Assembly: GCA_964270895.1 (NCBI GenBank) | Contig: OZ185452.1 | DNA from: Podarcis filfolensis | Taxonomy: Eukaryota | Length of the DNA: 64,000 nt | Reading direction: 5' to 3' (one strand) | Shown here: positions 52,960 to 64,000 of the stretch, piece by piece | How positions within the stretch are numbered: position 1 is the first letter of the stretch | Layout of the letters: the number at the start of each line of letters is the position of its first letter | Translations under genes and position numbers: made by a program | The notes under the pieces: model-generated | The model's input: the letters and a program-made list of their open reading frames with translations, nothing else | Told to the model about the DNA's origin: nothing | Databases searched by the model: none

Positions 52960-53160
52960 GGTAAAAAAGGTAAAGGACCCCTGGATGGTTAAGTCCGGTC
53001 AAAAGCAACTATGGGGTGCAGTGCTCATCTCACTTCAGGCTGAGGTATACAGCGTTTGTCCGCAAACAGGTTTCTGGGTCATGTGGCCAGCAGGACTAAA
53101 CTGCTACTGGTGCACAGAGGACCATGACGAGTGCCAGAGCGCACGGAAACGCTGTTTACC
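52960..53160 (-). mobile_element. Sauria SINE, 5'-truncated, divergent subfamily
   Basis: Tail AAAGGTAAAGGACCCC and core GGGTCATGTGGCCAGC...GCGCACGGAAACGCTGTTTACC; tRNA head missing. Confidence 0.8.
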
Positions 53161-53425
53161 TAGCTATAAGAGACCAGTTTTGGACAGGTTCCAGCATTTT
53201 CCACGATATATCAGACAGTAGGGGGTCTGTCAGTTCTGTTGCTAAAGTGTGTCGTTTCTGTAATATGTGCTATAATTTTGAAATTATTATTATTATAGAT
53301 ATTGCAATATGTGCTATTACTTAGTTTTAATTATGTTTTGAATGGCATTCTACTTTTTGTTGCACTTCTGTTTACTCCTGGCTAAGCAATAAAGATTTGG
53401 ATTCCTATAGTCTTACTGGTATATC

Positions 53426-54031
53426 CATAGCTGTCAAGTGTCCCTTGTTTGAAGGGACAGTCCCTTATTCCAGCACCATGTCCCGCTGCTGTCCCTTATT
53501 GATGGATGTCCCTTAAATGTCCCTTAAAAGATGTCCCTTAAATTTCAAAGGAAGCAGCTCCTCTCCCTCCCTCCCTGCCGGCCAGGGAGGAGGGAGGCTC
53601 CAACTGTGTTGCTTGGCTGTGTTGCTCACCCAATAAGAAGTCTAAGAACGACTGGGGGGTGAAGCTTGCATGCCTTGTGTGTGGCTAGTTAATGCAAGCT
53701 GAGGGGGTTTTTGAATGCTGGACGCCATTTTGTTGCACGTGCTGCTGCAAACTTTGCAGTGCAAAGCCAGGCCGGGGAGCCATCTTAAGTTGAGGCTGCA
53801 TAGGCCTTGTGGTGCATGTGATTCAGATTCTATTCAGTTGGACCTCTGGTTACAAAGTTGGTTGGACAGTGTTCTTGAAGCTACTAGCATGAGTTTGACC
53901 AGACTGCAGGAGCACAGGAAGACTGGAGTGCCTGGAACAGGTGAGGCTGCAGGTCCCTTATTTTGGCTGCTGGTCCCTTATTTTCAAGGCTGCTAGTCCC
54001 TTATTTTCAAATCTGTAAGTTGACAGCTATG
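53426..54031. mobile_element. Non-autonomous hAT-like DNA transposon (606 bp)
   Basis: Perfect 12-bp TIR CATAGCTGTCAA, perfect 8-bp TSD GGTATATC, subterminal GTCCCTT repeats. Confidence 0.92.
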
Positions 54032-56243
54032 GGTATATCCTGTCTTTCTTCTGTTACTGAAGGTAGTGCACACGTGGTTCCCAGGTAGAGACCCATCCAG
54101 ATATTGATTAACCTCCTTCCTTGGAGGTTTTTAAGCAGAGGCTGGATGGCCATCTGTCATGGCTGCTTTAGCTGAGATTCCCTGCATTGCAGGGGGTTGG
54201 ACTAGATGACCCTTGGGGTCCCTTCCAACTCTGCAGTTCCCGCGGGCCCTGGCTCTGGCCTGCTCAGCTTTGGCAAGGTGGTGGCCTCATATGCCCTAAG
54301 GCCATTCCTTGCTTTCACAGTGCAATCCTCATGGACTGGGAACGTTTCTATGAATACGGATCTCAGCTCCCACAAGGGACAGACCTGTTATGCCGTCCTG
54401 TGCTAGGATTACAGGCTGCTTTCATTTAGACTTCACATCAAGTCACTGGCTTGACAGCAGAATCCTAGCTATGATTACTTAAACACAAAAAGAAAAACAG
54501 TAGATAAACTAAGCGCCAATCCATTCAAATTACATAAGGACCTTTTGGCAATAAACAAATATAAGCCAGAAAATTTCTGGGGAAAATATACTGAGAAGTA
54601 GCTTTGTTGATTTATGTCCTTAAATAAATCAGTATATCTGGGGAAATATACATGCCGGGGGTGGGAGGGATCCCACATAGCTTCTATATATTAATTGGAA
54701 GGGGTAGGGAGAATTTTGATGGGGACACCGATTCCTTTTTCTTTTTCTTTTTTAAACAATATCCTTCTTCCCTTTAGGCCAGCCACAAAGTCCTAAATTG
54801 GAAAAGCAGGGCTCTGGCGCTCCAAGGTCACTTGTGCTGTTTCCAAAAATATCTTGAAACAAAACGCAAGAGGGGCACTTTGTTGGATGTTATCTGGACA
54901 TACAGAGTTTCAATCAAATCCTTCAAGAAGTGTTAGAATAAAAGCTGGCCACTTGTTTTGACATAGTTGAGTCACTGGCAAGAAAGAAAGAAAGAAAAAG
55001 AAAAACACCCACATGTTTTCCATGGCTTGATGGTTCTGGGCAACAAAGCTGCAGACCCCTCACCCCTCTCCCCCTCTTTAATTTCATTGCATTTTGAGTG
55101 AGTCCTAAAGAGTCCAGAGGCTTACAAGCAGCAGCAGTAGGAACTGAATATTCTCGTGCACCCCTGCAGAATGCAGAGCCAACTTATGTCCCAGTATTGC
55201 TCAGTTTTGCTAGGCTGACTGCTGGCAGCTCCTTAGCATCTCAAACAAGAGTCTTTCTCAGCCCGGTGCAGCCACCAGTGCAGTCCTGAATATTCTTTGC
55301 CTGCAGACACCTGCTCTCCCCGAGTTACAGCACATTTGGGCAAAACCACACAAGCTCTCCAGGGAGACTAACGCTGCAGTCATAGGATTGTGGAGTCGGA
55401 AGGGACCCACAGGGTAATCTAGTCCGCCCCCCTCCTGGGCAGGAATAATATGCACCCTTACCTGGAGCCAGCCCCATTCACTCAGTGGGGCTTAGTTCCG
55501 AGTTGACATTAACAGGGCTATTTTTTTTTTTATTTGTTGAATTTATATACCACCCATACCAGGAGGTCTCAGGGCCGTTCACAGAACACTTTTCATTTGA
55601 CCTGGATATCATTAGAGCCATTATGTCAGAATTGCCCTATCATGTTGATGTGCCTTAGGTGGAGGATTGGGGGATTGCAAAGTGGGCGGTAGAGGCAAAC
55701 CACGGGGTACAAGCCAGTGCAAAGGTCTCCCCCCTCCCAGCCAAACCTAATCTGTGTATTTAGAGGGAACTGGGCGAGAGGCAAGAATATCAAGTTTCGG
55801 AAAGCAGTTTTATGCATTGGGCTCCAAGGCAACGAGGCACATCAAGGCACCGCAATCTTGTATTGCACGGCAAAATTCATAGCCAGAATGCTCAGTACCC
55901 AGACTGAGCTTTGAAGCATTAATGTAGGACTGTGGACCAGTCAGAAGGGTGGACTGGGGTAGGAGCCAGCTGGGGTGCAGGGCAGGGTAATGCCAATCTG
56001 GTAGTAATCCTGTCCACACTGGCTGAACAGCCGAGACCTCTGCCACCTGACCAGACCTTCTGGGCCTGCGGGAACTTGCAGTGCTAATCACACTTGGATC
56101 CTTTGTGTGGGGACAACTGTGGGTTCTGAGTTCAGGTCTCCTAGGAGGTGCTAAGGTCATTTAAGAGGCAAGTTCCAGCCTTCTTACTTATTGTTAGCCC
56201 AGAGATGGTTCAGATGAGCTGTCTTTTGGGTGTATGTATGTAT

Positions 56244-56571
56244 GGGACCTGGTGGCGCTGTGGGTTAAACCACAGAGCCTAGGGCTTGCTGATCAGAAGG
56301 TCGGCAGTTTGAATCCCCTCCTGCCAACCTAGCAGTTTGAAAGCACGCCAAAAAGTGCAACTTGATTAATAGGTACCGCTACGGCGGGAAGGTAAACGGC
56401 GTTTCCGTGTGCTGCTCTGGTTCGCCAGAAGCGGCTTAGTCATGCTGGCCACATGACCCAGAAGCTGTCTGCGGACAAACACTGGCTCCCTCGGTCAGCG
56501 GGATGAGCGCCACAACCCCTGAGTTGTTCGCGACTGGACTTAACTGTCAGGGGTCCTTTACCTTTACCTTT
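56244..56571 (+). mobile_element. Sauria SINE with an internal deletion
   Basis: Head GGGACCTGGTGGCGCTGTGGGTTAAACC, tail TTTACCTTTACCTTT; about 35 bp missing after the B box compared with the other copies; no TSD seen. Confidence 0.9.
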
Positions 56572-56588
56572 CTGGTTGCCAATGGAGA

Positions 56589-56819
56589 ATTTTTCGCTCT
56601 ATAAGACGCACCTAGTTTTTGGAGGAGGAAAACAAGAAAAAAAATATTCTGAATCTCAGAAGCCAGAACAAGAAGAGGGATCGCTGCACAGTGATCCTTC
56701 TTGCTGTTCTGGCTTCTGGGATAGCTGTGCAGCCTGCATTCACTCCATAAGACGCACACACATTTCCCCTTACTTTTTAGGAGGGAAAAGGTGAGTCTTA
56801 TAGAGCAAAAAATACGGTA
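56589..56819. mobile_element. Tc1/mariner (pogo-like) MITE with a clipped left end
   Basis: Right end GTCTTATAGAGCAAAAAATACGGTA; left ATTTTTCGCTCTATAAGAC lacks the terminal TACCGT; internal hairpin at 56657-56718. Confidence 0.75.
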
Positions 56820-58481
56820 CGCTTCATGTAGTGGGCTCTGCTCTGTGGAAGCTTATGGCACCATACACCAGACTGATAGCCTTTAAGATGCCACAAGGCT
56901 CTTTGTGGTTTTTATTACTACGTCACATGTGCCATGGCTGGCCTTTAGAATGGATTCCAAGGCTAAGCCCACACTCCTTATTTATTTTACTGGAGATAAC
57001 ATTTGCCTTGGTTTGACACGTACATCTGCATCAGTGTGTCTATGCATGCGTGTGTATCTATACCACATGTGCAGAGCTGTTGTTTTTAAGACGAATCTTC
57101 AGTTTAATTTGGTGAGATTCACTGGCAGGGAACATTTGTGGGAGAGGAAAAACAGAGGCAGGCTTGAGCTACTGTGTGTCAAGTGCACGCTAATGGGTTC
57201 CGCATGAAGAGAATTAAAAGGCAGTGTTTTCAGAGGAGTGGGAAAATGAAGGAAATGGGAAACAGAACAGTCAGCTACCAAGATGTTATACCGGGCGTCT
57301 TGCTCCAACTATTTGTCTGTTGGAAAGGTGCTAATTCTGGCAAAGGTTATAGAAATTGCCCTAGCAAGTTTTAATCTAAAAATATTTGTTTGTCAAAGCC
57401 TAGGAGTAAATTTGGTGTTTTTAATGTTGTGACCCGCCCTGTGATCTTCAGATGAAGGGCGGTATACAAATTTAATAAGGAAGGGAGTTTCCTGATTTCC
57501 ACTTACATCCTTAAATGGCACCGTATCTGTATCCCACTGCTTCCTTCAGGAGCCCAGGGCAACATACATGGGATGGGCCCAATTCCACCTCAAAACTATC
57601 CTACAAGGTTGGTTGGGCTGGGAGATAAGGATTAACTCAAGGCAACCTATCAATAACTTTTGACAGCTCTGCTGAAATGTGCTGCACTAGCTGCCACTTT
57701 GCTAGAGGGATAGATGCAAGGTGTTTTTTTACTTGTGTATAAAGCACCTATATCAGGGAGAGGGAGTCTGTGGCTCTGCTCCCATCAGCCCTAAATTCTT
57801 GTTGGTTTTTAGGTATCAATTCTGTTTTATGATCTGTATTATATTTACATTGTTTTTTGTACACCACTTAGGTAGTCTCTGTAAGCTGGTTTATAAATTC
57901 TGAAATGAAATCAGTTAAAAATAAGCTCACCCAGTTGAATTCATCATGCTGTGTGGGAATTTTTGAACCCAAGTTTTATCCCAAACTGTTGGGCACTTTG
58001 AAGGCTTTCCCTCACAACTGATGCAAGAAAATACCATAATAGTTGCAAGCTCATGTAGCCGAAGGCTCTTCATAATGAAGCAGGGCGAGTTATGCTCATG
58101 CTCTAGGCCTGTCTGAACACTGCAGTTTGGGTGCCGAATGTTTATTTTCCAGCCTTGTATGGCAGTCAACAGTCAAATATTTTTTGCTTATTTGAAACTG
58201 CCAAGAAATGTCCAAAAATGTTTTATTGAAGTAAAATGATTCTCTCACTCAGCACATTTGTAGTCTTAGATTACCTGTCACTAAATGACTTAAACTTAAG
58301 GCATATCTTATAACAGAAAAAAGTGATTTGAAAACTGCAACATGTGAACTAAGCACTTTAACCAATTCAAATCAGCTCAATGAAGTGAGTAGTTTATGCA
58401 CAATCTGTAGATATTATTTGTATAAAGTACATGGATTTATGGTTTATTATTTCATAGGTACTTAACAACTGTACATAATAA

Positions 58482-58880
58482 CTACTCTATTCCAAACTTA
58501 AAAATGGGAAGCGTAATGCTGGTGGTCAACAAAAGAGGTTTAAAGACTGTCTCAAGGCAAATCTAAAAAAATGTAGTATAAACACCGACAACTGGGATAC
58601 ACTTGCCTGCGAGCGCTCCGGTTGGAGAACAGCCTTTACCAAAGGTGTCATGGGCTTTGAAGACACTCAAACTCAGGACACAAGGGAGAAATGTGCTAAG
58701 AGGAAGGCACGCTTGGCAAACCCTCACCGTGATCAACTCCCGCCCAGAAACCAATGTCCCCACTGTGGAAGGACGTGTGGATCCAGAAGTGGCCTCCACA
58801 GTCACTTACAGACTCATTGTTAAAACCGTGTTTATGGAAGACAATCTTACTCAGCTACGAGTGATTGCCAAAGAAGGAGA
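58482..58880 (+). mobile_element. 5'-truncated RTE-clade LINE 3' end (non-BovB type)
   Basis: Open frame 58482-58823: LLYSKLKNGKRNAGGQQKRFKDCLK...W...CPHCGRTCGSRSGLHSHLQTHC*, then a short 3' UTR and a GAA-like tail. Confidence 0.85.
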
Positions 58881-61040
58881 ACTGCCTTGCTATGTCAGCT
58901 GAAAAAGGTCTGGCACTTTAAACTGCCCTGTCCAGCATTCCATCCAAACAATGGCCAGCCAGATGACTCTGGAAACGCTCATGCAAAGCAGGGAGGAGGC
59001 GGCCGACTGACCTCAGCACCTGAGATTCACAGTAAGAATATAATGGAACGTAGGAGAGACCTGCTTGATCAGAAAAGCCAATATAGCCCAGTATTGTTTC
59101 CAGTAGTGGGCAGACAGTACTTGAATATGGAGGTTGCATTTAGCTATCATGGCTAATAGCCGTTGCCAGGCAGGAATCTCAGCTAAAGCATCCATGACAG
59201 ATCTAGGACTATCCCCTCTTGAGATAGAGGCTTGATTTAAAGGTGAGGGCATGCTGGGGTATTCATAAATATTAATAATTTATTACTTACACCCCACCCA
59301 TGTGGCCAGGCCTCCCCAGCCACTCTGAGCGGCTCCCAACAGAATATTAAAAACATGATAAAACATCAAACATTTAAAACTTCCCTAAATAACGTGCCCT
59401 TGCAGAGTCCCACGTGTGAAGTATCATGTCTAAGCCCAGTTGCCTCACCTGAAGAATTAACACGCCAGGGATTTGTGTCTGGGCAGATGCTGTGCTGGCT
59501 TGCTAACTATCTGCACTCGGCAGATGGAGGCCTGGTTTGGATGAGCCACAAGGTGCCTGGGACCCCAAGCGGGTAATCTTTCTAGGCTTGTCTGCTGCCA
59601 TGTTTAAATTGGACTTCAGACTCAGTTAAAGACATTATTACATCTAAATGTCCCTGCACTTATTGCCAAACGGCTCACTGCAATTTCTTTTTAACCCCCT
59701 CAGTGTATAAACAAATTAATGCAGAAGTGAGCTATTCCTGGATATGTGGTCACATATGAGCAGGCAGGCTCCCAGGGGTTCAGGATATTCAAAATGTACA
59801 TTTAACAGACACTAAATTGTTTCTTACATGTTCTTTGGAACGTCACCAGTAAGAAGCAGGTGATTTTCCAAGCCGTGTGTAATCTCATGTATTAGCTGGT
59901 TAGAGTATTAATGCTAATAGGAAAAGCGATAAGCTGAAGGAGCTGTCAGAATTCTCCCACTCTCCTCCCATGAAACGCCTATCAAATCTCTAACAGGTTG
60001 GAAAAAATAGTCACTGAACAAAAACCATTAAAGTCACATTATTGACTGTCCACTTGCACAGAAGCTAAAGATAGCCACTTTATCCCTTCCTCCAGTTTTT
60101 CTTTTCTTTGGATAATTATAATTTTCTGCTTCAGCTGAGAAAGTCATTTCTGATGCTGCTGAAGTGCGTAATCAGTTTGCCCTTCTGGAGGGCAACAGGA
60201 ATGACGCAGCAGGGACAATGGACCTCTAAGAAAGCAGCATGGTGTGTTTTGGGGTGCAATCCAAAAAGTGCTGCTACTGCAAAACCTCCTCTCTCTGCCT
60301 TTATATATATATATCTCTTTGCATTAGGGCAAAAGAAACTGTGCCATAGACACCATTCCAATAAGCATCAGTAAAACATTTTGAGATTTTTCCTGTATGT
60401 TCTTTAAGTCCAGAAATTGATCGAGACTTCTACTCTCTTGCTTGCTCCTCTAAACCTTAAATGAATCATAAGCTTCAGTCAAGGTAGTGCCCTTGTTCAT
60501 TTCAACAGGGCTTTTGCAAAGCTTGTCTGCTAACCTGCTGGAAGCATACAGATGCTCTAACAGTTATAGGTGCACTTCAGTTTGCAGAGTATGTTGAGGA
60601 AAGATGATCACAAATGCATGTGTTTGAGATGTGCTGTCACTTTGGGGCTGTGTGGTTTAGAGGTGGTTCCATGGACACTGACTCCATCTCCTATCAAATC
60701 TCCTGCTGTCCCTTCCCTTCAACTCCTGCCTCAAAACCTACCTTTTCTGAGAGACCTCTGGCTTCAACTCCTTAAATCCGTACCTCCAACTGTAGCCAAG
60801 CTTGACTAGAACTGCATTCACACCCATTTTAACTTTGCTACTCTTCTTTCCCACTTTCAATTTTAGATTGCCCCCCTCCTTGGGAGCAGAGGTCTTTTTT
60901 GCAGAACAAACAATGTGAGCCTTACACAAGCAGATGCAACGGAAGCTTAAAAACATACAGAAGAGTCCGGCATCCTGCTCCCACAGAGGCCAAACAGATG
61001 CCCACAAGCAGGGCCCAATCATAGGAGCACTCGTCCCTCC

Positions 61041-61406
61041 GGTAAAGGTAAAGGTAAAGGTAAAGGGACCCCTGACCATTAGGTCCAGTCATGGCCGACT
61101 CTGGGGTTGCGGCGCTCATCTTGCTTTATTGGCCGAGGGAGCCGGCGTACAGCTTCCAGGTCATGTGGCCAGCATGACTAAGCCGCTTCTGGCGAACCAG
61201 AGCAGTGCATGGAAACACCATTTACCTTCCCGCCGGAGTGGTACCTATTTATCTACTTGCACTTTGACGTGCTTTTGAACTGCTAGGTTGGCAGGAGCAG
61301 GGACCGAGCAACGGGAGCTCACCCCGTCGCGGGGATTCGAACCGCTGACCTTCTGATCAGCAAGTCCTAGGCTCTGTGGTTTAACCCACAGAGCCACCCG
61401 CGTCCC
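61041..61406 (-). mobile_element. Sauria SINE, full length, inserted in a CR1 3' fragment
   Basis: Four-unit AAAGGT tail and intact B box; flanks (about 60945-61040 and 61407-61470) join into one CR1-type 3' UTR. Confidence 0.92.
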
Positions 61407-63491
61407 ATCTTCCATCCTGTAGTTGCCAGCAATTGGTATCTAGAGGCATACTGCCTTGGAAACTGCAGCACTTTATGGATGTGACCAGAGCATGTTAACA
61501 GTTGTCTCTGTCCAGGAAACGTTGAAGGTGAGGGGGAAGAAGCTGATGATGAGCGTGCCAGGCTACCTGGAGAGTTCATGACAAAGGTATTATTTTCTTA
61601 AACTGGACACATCCTCTTTGGTGATGTTGGCCATTACACTAGGCACATTAAGCAGATTACAAGGATGCTCCTGAGCTACATTCGCAAGGGCGCTTGGGTC
61701 TAGTTCTCACTGAGTTGATAAATCTCCACCTGGGATTTTAGGTGTCTGTGTGACAGAATGTCTCTATATGAAAACACTGTTCCATTGCCAGTGCTGAAGG
61801 AAGAATACTCCACTTGAACAGCTGTCTGGCCCCAGTCCGGTTAAAGACCCCCTCCCCTGCAAGAAAGCACAGAGGCTCTGAAGTTCCCCATCAATGGTGA
61901 GCGCCTGGATAAGTACTTAGGAGCCTGGCTGCTGCACCCGGCCAGTGGCCCATCTAGTCCAGCCTCCTGTTCTCCCAGTGGCCAAACAGATGCCTCCAGG
62001 GGAAGCTCACAAACAGGGCAAGAGGCTTTCCAGCAACTGGCATTCTTACCTTATCTGCATAATGTCAACAGATGTTACAATCTGACTACTTTCTGCAGAT
62101 GGAGGGGTGGGGGAGAAAGCAAATTACAACCCAAATCTTCCTCGAATCTCTCTGCTATTGACATGAGAAGCCAGAAAGGGAATTTCAGTCTTATTTCTAA
62201 CCACCGGCCTGAGATTTCAAAAGTGCTCACTGCTGTGGCCACAGGCTGTGTCGTAGGATGGCTAAATGATTTAGTGGGTAATAAATATGATTTAAGGGCT
62301 CCGGGGTGGATTTTCAAATGGCAGTGAACCTCCCAAGTCCCATCAAGCTGCTATTTAGGCCTCAAAAAATACCTCAGAGGCAGAATCAGAGCTACTTTGC
62401 AGCTCTATTTCCACTGAGATTGCCTTGGGCACCAGCTATTTACATTTCTCTCCTCCCACCAAATACATTTTCTCACACTTAGAAGCATGCTAACCCTTTC
62501 CTCTCCTCCAACTGTGCTTTAAATTAGACCCTGCTTAATTCATCTCCCCCAGAGACCTAAGTTTCAGAAACCGGCTGACTGATCCTTCCTTTGAAAAATC
62601 AGTCACTTTACTGTTGGTTCCACCAGCAAAAGGAATAATGAACAAGGAATACCAGGATTTTGCAGACATGAGTGTGCTAATGACTCCATCACTCAGTCTT
62701 CAGGGTTAAAATCACATTTTGGTCCTGCAAATATCAAATTCTTTTTCAGAAAAACTATTCAAATTAAGCATATTTGCATTACATCTGCATCATATGGAAA
62801 TGAAAGTTTTCAAATAATTTCTGACATATATTTTATACATTTAAGAACTGTACAAGTTTATCACATTTGCACACACAAAACCACATGTTGCAGACCACAA
62901 TTTTCATTTGAGAGTAGGGAAGGCTGGAGTTGAGGAAGTGGAGCACAACCACAGTACCTAGCAGAGATGAGACCAACCCAGATCTCACAATTTTTAGGTG
63001 TACAAGAGTAAGAGCGGGGGGAAATTTATCTAAAAATGTAAAGCATAAATGCAACAAACAGGTGGTTGAAAACAGGTCCATAACTCATGTACACTCTTCA
63101 GAGCCTGCTCTTTCCATGGCTCCCTAGTTTTTCATTCAGTAATGCATGTTTTCTCACTGGTGGAGGTGGCGAGGGTTTATAGCTCCCGATTCAAATCAGC
63201 ACTTAACTTTGTCACACCATTTCCTGTTAAAGAGTAAGACACTAGAGCAGCAAGGTCTTGGACTCTGTGTATGGTTTCTTTTAAGATCACCTGTTCCATA
63301 TCTGACGTAGAAGGGTCAGATGCTGACAGCATTTGGCCCCGAGTCAGAAAGCAAAGCCTTTTGACTTCTCAAAAGAGTAACTCTGAGAGGTGAAGTGGAG
63401 CCTGACAACCAATAAACTCCTATTCTTTATTAAGTATGGACAATGGGGAACTGAACAAGCGTACAAAAGAATAACAATGTGAATGTTAGAC

Positions 63492-63497
63492 TTTATT
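63492..63497 (-). terminator. Candidate poly(A) signal of an upstream minus-strand gene (second AATAAA at 63426-63431)
   Basis: AATAAA, CA 13-14 nt downstream, then U/GU-rich TTGTTATTCTTTTGTACGCTTGTT. Confidence 0.45.
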
Positions 63498-64000
63498 GTC
63501 TCTGGCTACATTAATGAAATACATTAATTTAATATCTACCAGGAAAAATTAGGCAGAGAGCAGAAAGCTACAGGGAATGTTAAAATGCCATTGTCCTAAC
63601 AAAGCTAGAAAAGGTTAGAATAACTCCTTTTCATATGTTTCTAAAAGACTTCGCTATAGGTCAAAGGCCTAAGGGAAGCAAGGAAACTTCTGGAAGTTCC
63701 TGCACCTCAGTTTTAGTCCAAGGACTAAATTTACTAGTTTTAGTACAACTAGTAAATTTTCTTTACACACCCTTTGCTTATCTCAGGGGAGCCAGGCAGA
63801 CTCATGAGAAGTCTAATGGCAGGGATCAGAGGCTCTTGTATCAACTGGCCACACTTTGCTTCCCCAAAGCAAACTTTGCCTGTTGCTTCTATACTCCACC
63901 GCAGCTCTCCAGGCGGAGTGGCCATTTAAAGATGACACCTGATGAAAGTATAGGCCTGCACATATTTTGATGCAAAAAATGCATTTTAAGAAACGTGCTG

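Noticed and set aside
53440-53540. Regularly recurring short repeats that superficially resemble a CRISPR array
   Set aside because: 7-nt motifs with irregular short spacers inside a TIR/TSD-bounded transposon in a vertebrate genome; no cas genes
56244-56330. tRNA-like A/B boxes here and in the other SINE heads
   Set aside because: Part of SINEs; no full cloverleaf, so not tRNA genes
60000-64000. Search for IFT81 coding exons
   Set aside because: No translation resembling the IFT81 C-terminus found, so no gene symbol assigned

Overview
Vertebrate genomic DNA from a squamate reptile, most likely a lacertid lizard, judging by the Sauria SINE subfamilies and the MITE set. The window holds the 5' half of ATP2A2 (SERCA2 calcium pump) on the minus strand. 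Coding exons 1-6 (118, 18, 83, 105, 139, 81 nt; all GT-AG) lie between 29034 and 2028, and exon 7 onward is left of the window. A CpG-island promoter (about 28500-30700) has a GATAAA TATA-like box, an ERSE (CCAAT-N9-CCACA), a palindromic CRE and GC boxes, followed by an inferred ~0.9 kb GC-rich leader with one uORF and three G-quadruplex motifs. From ~30700 to 64000 I found no intact protein-coding gene. This stretch is rich in transposons: five Sauria SINEs, hAT and Tc1/mariner MITEs with clear TSDs, CR1/L2 3' ends, a decayed L1 RT fragment and an RTE 3' end. It closes with a minus-strand poly(A) site that may be the end of the upstream neighbour (IFT81 in mammals). Nearly all ORFs in the track are noise. 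I see no convincing wholly new biological system. The best leads are a young solo LTR in intron 5, a candidate intron-6 microexon that would split the TGES motif or add a stop, MITEs resembling the horizontally transferred OC1 hAT family, a near-perfect intronic RNA hairpin, and several dense muscle or stress transcription-factor motif clusters.
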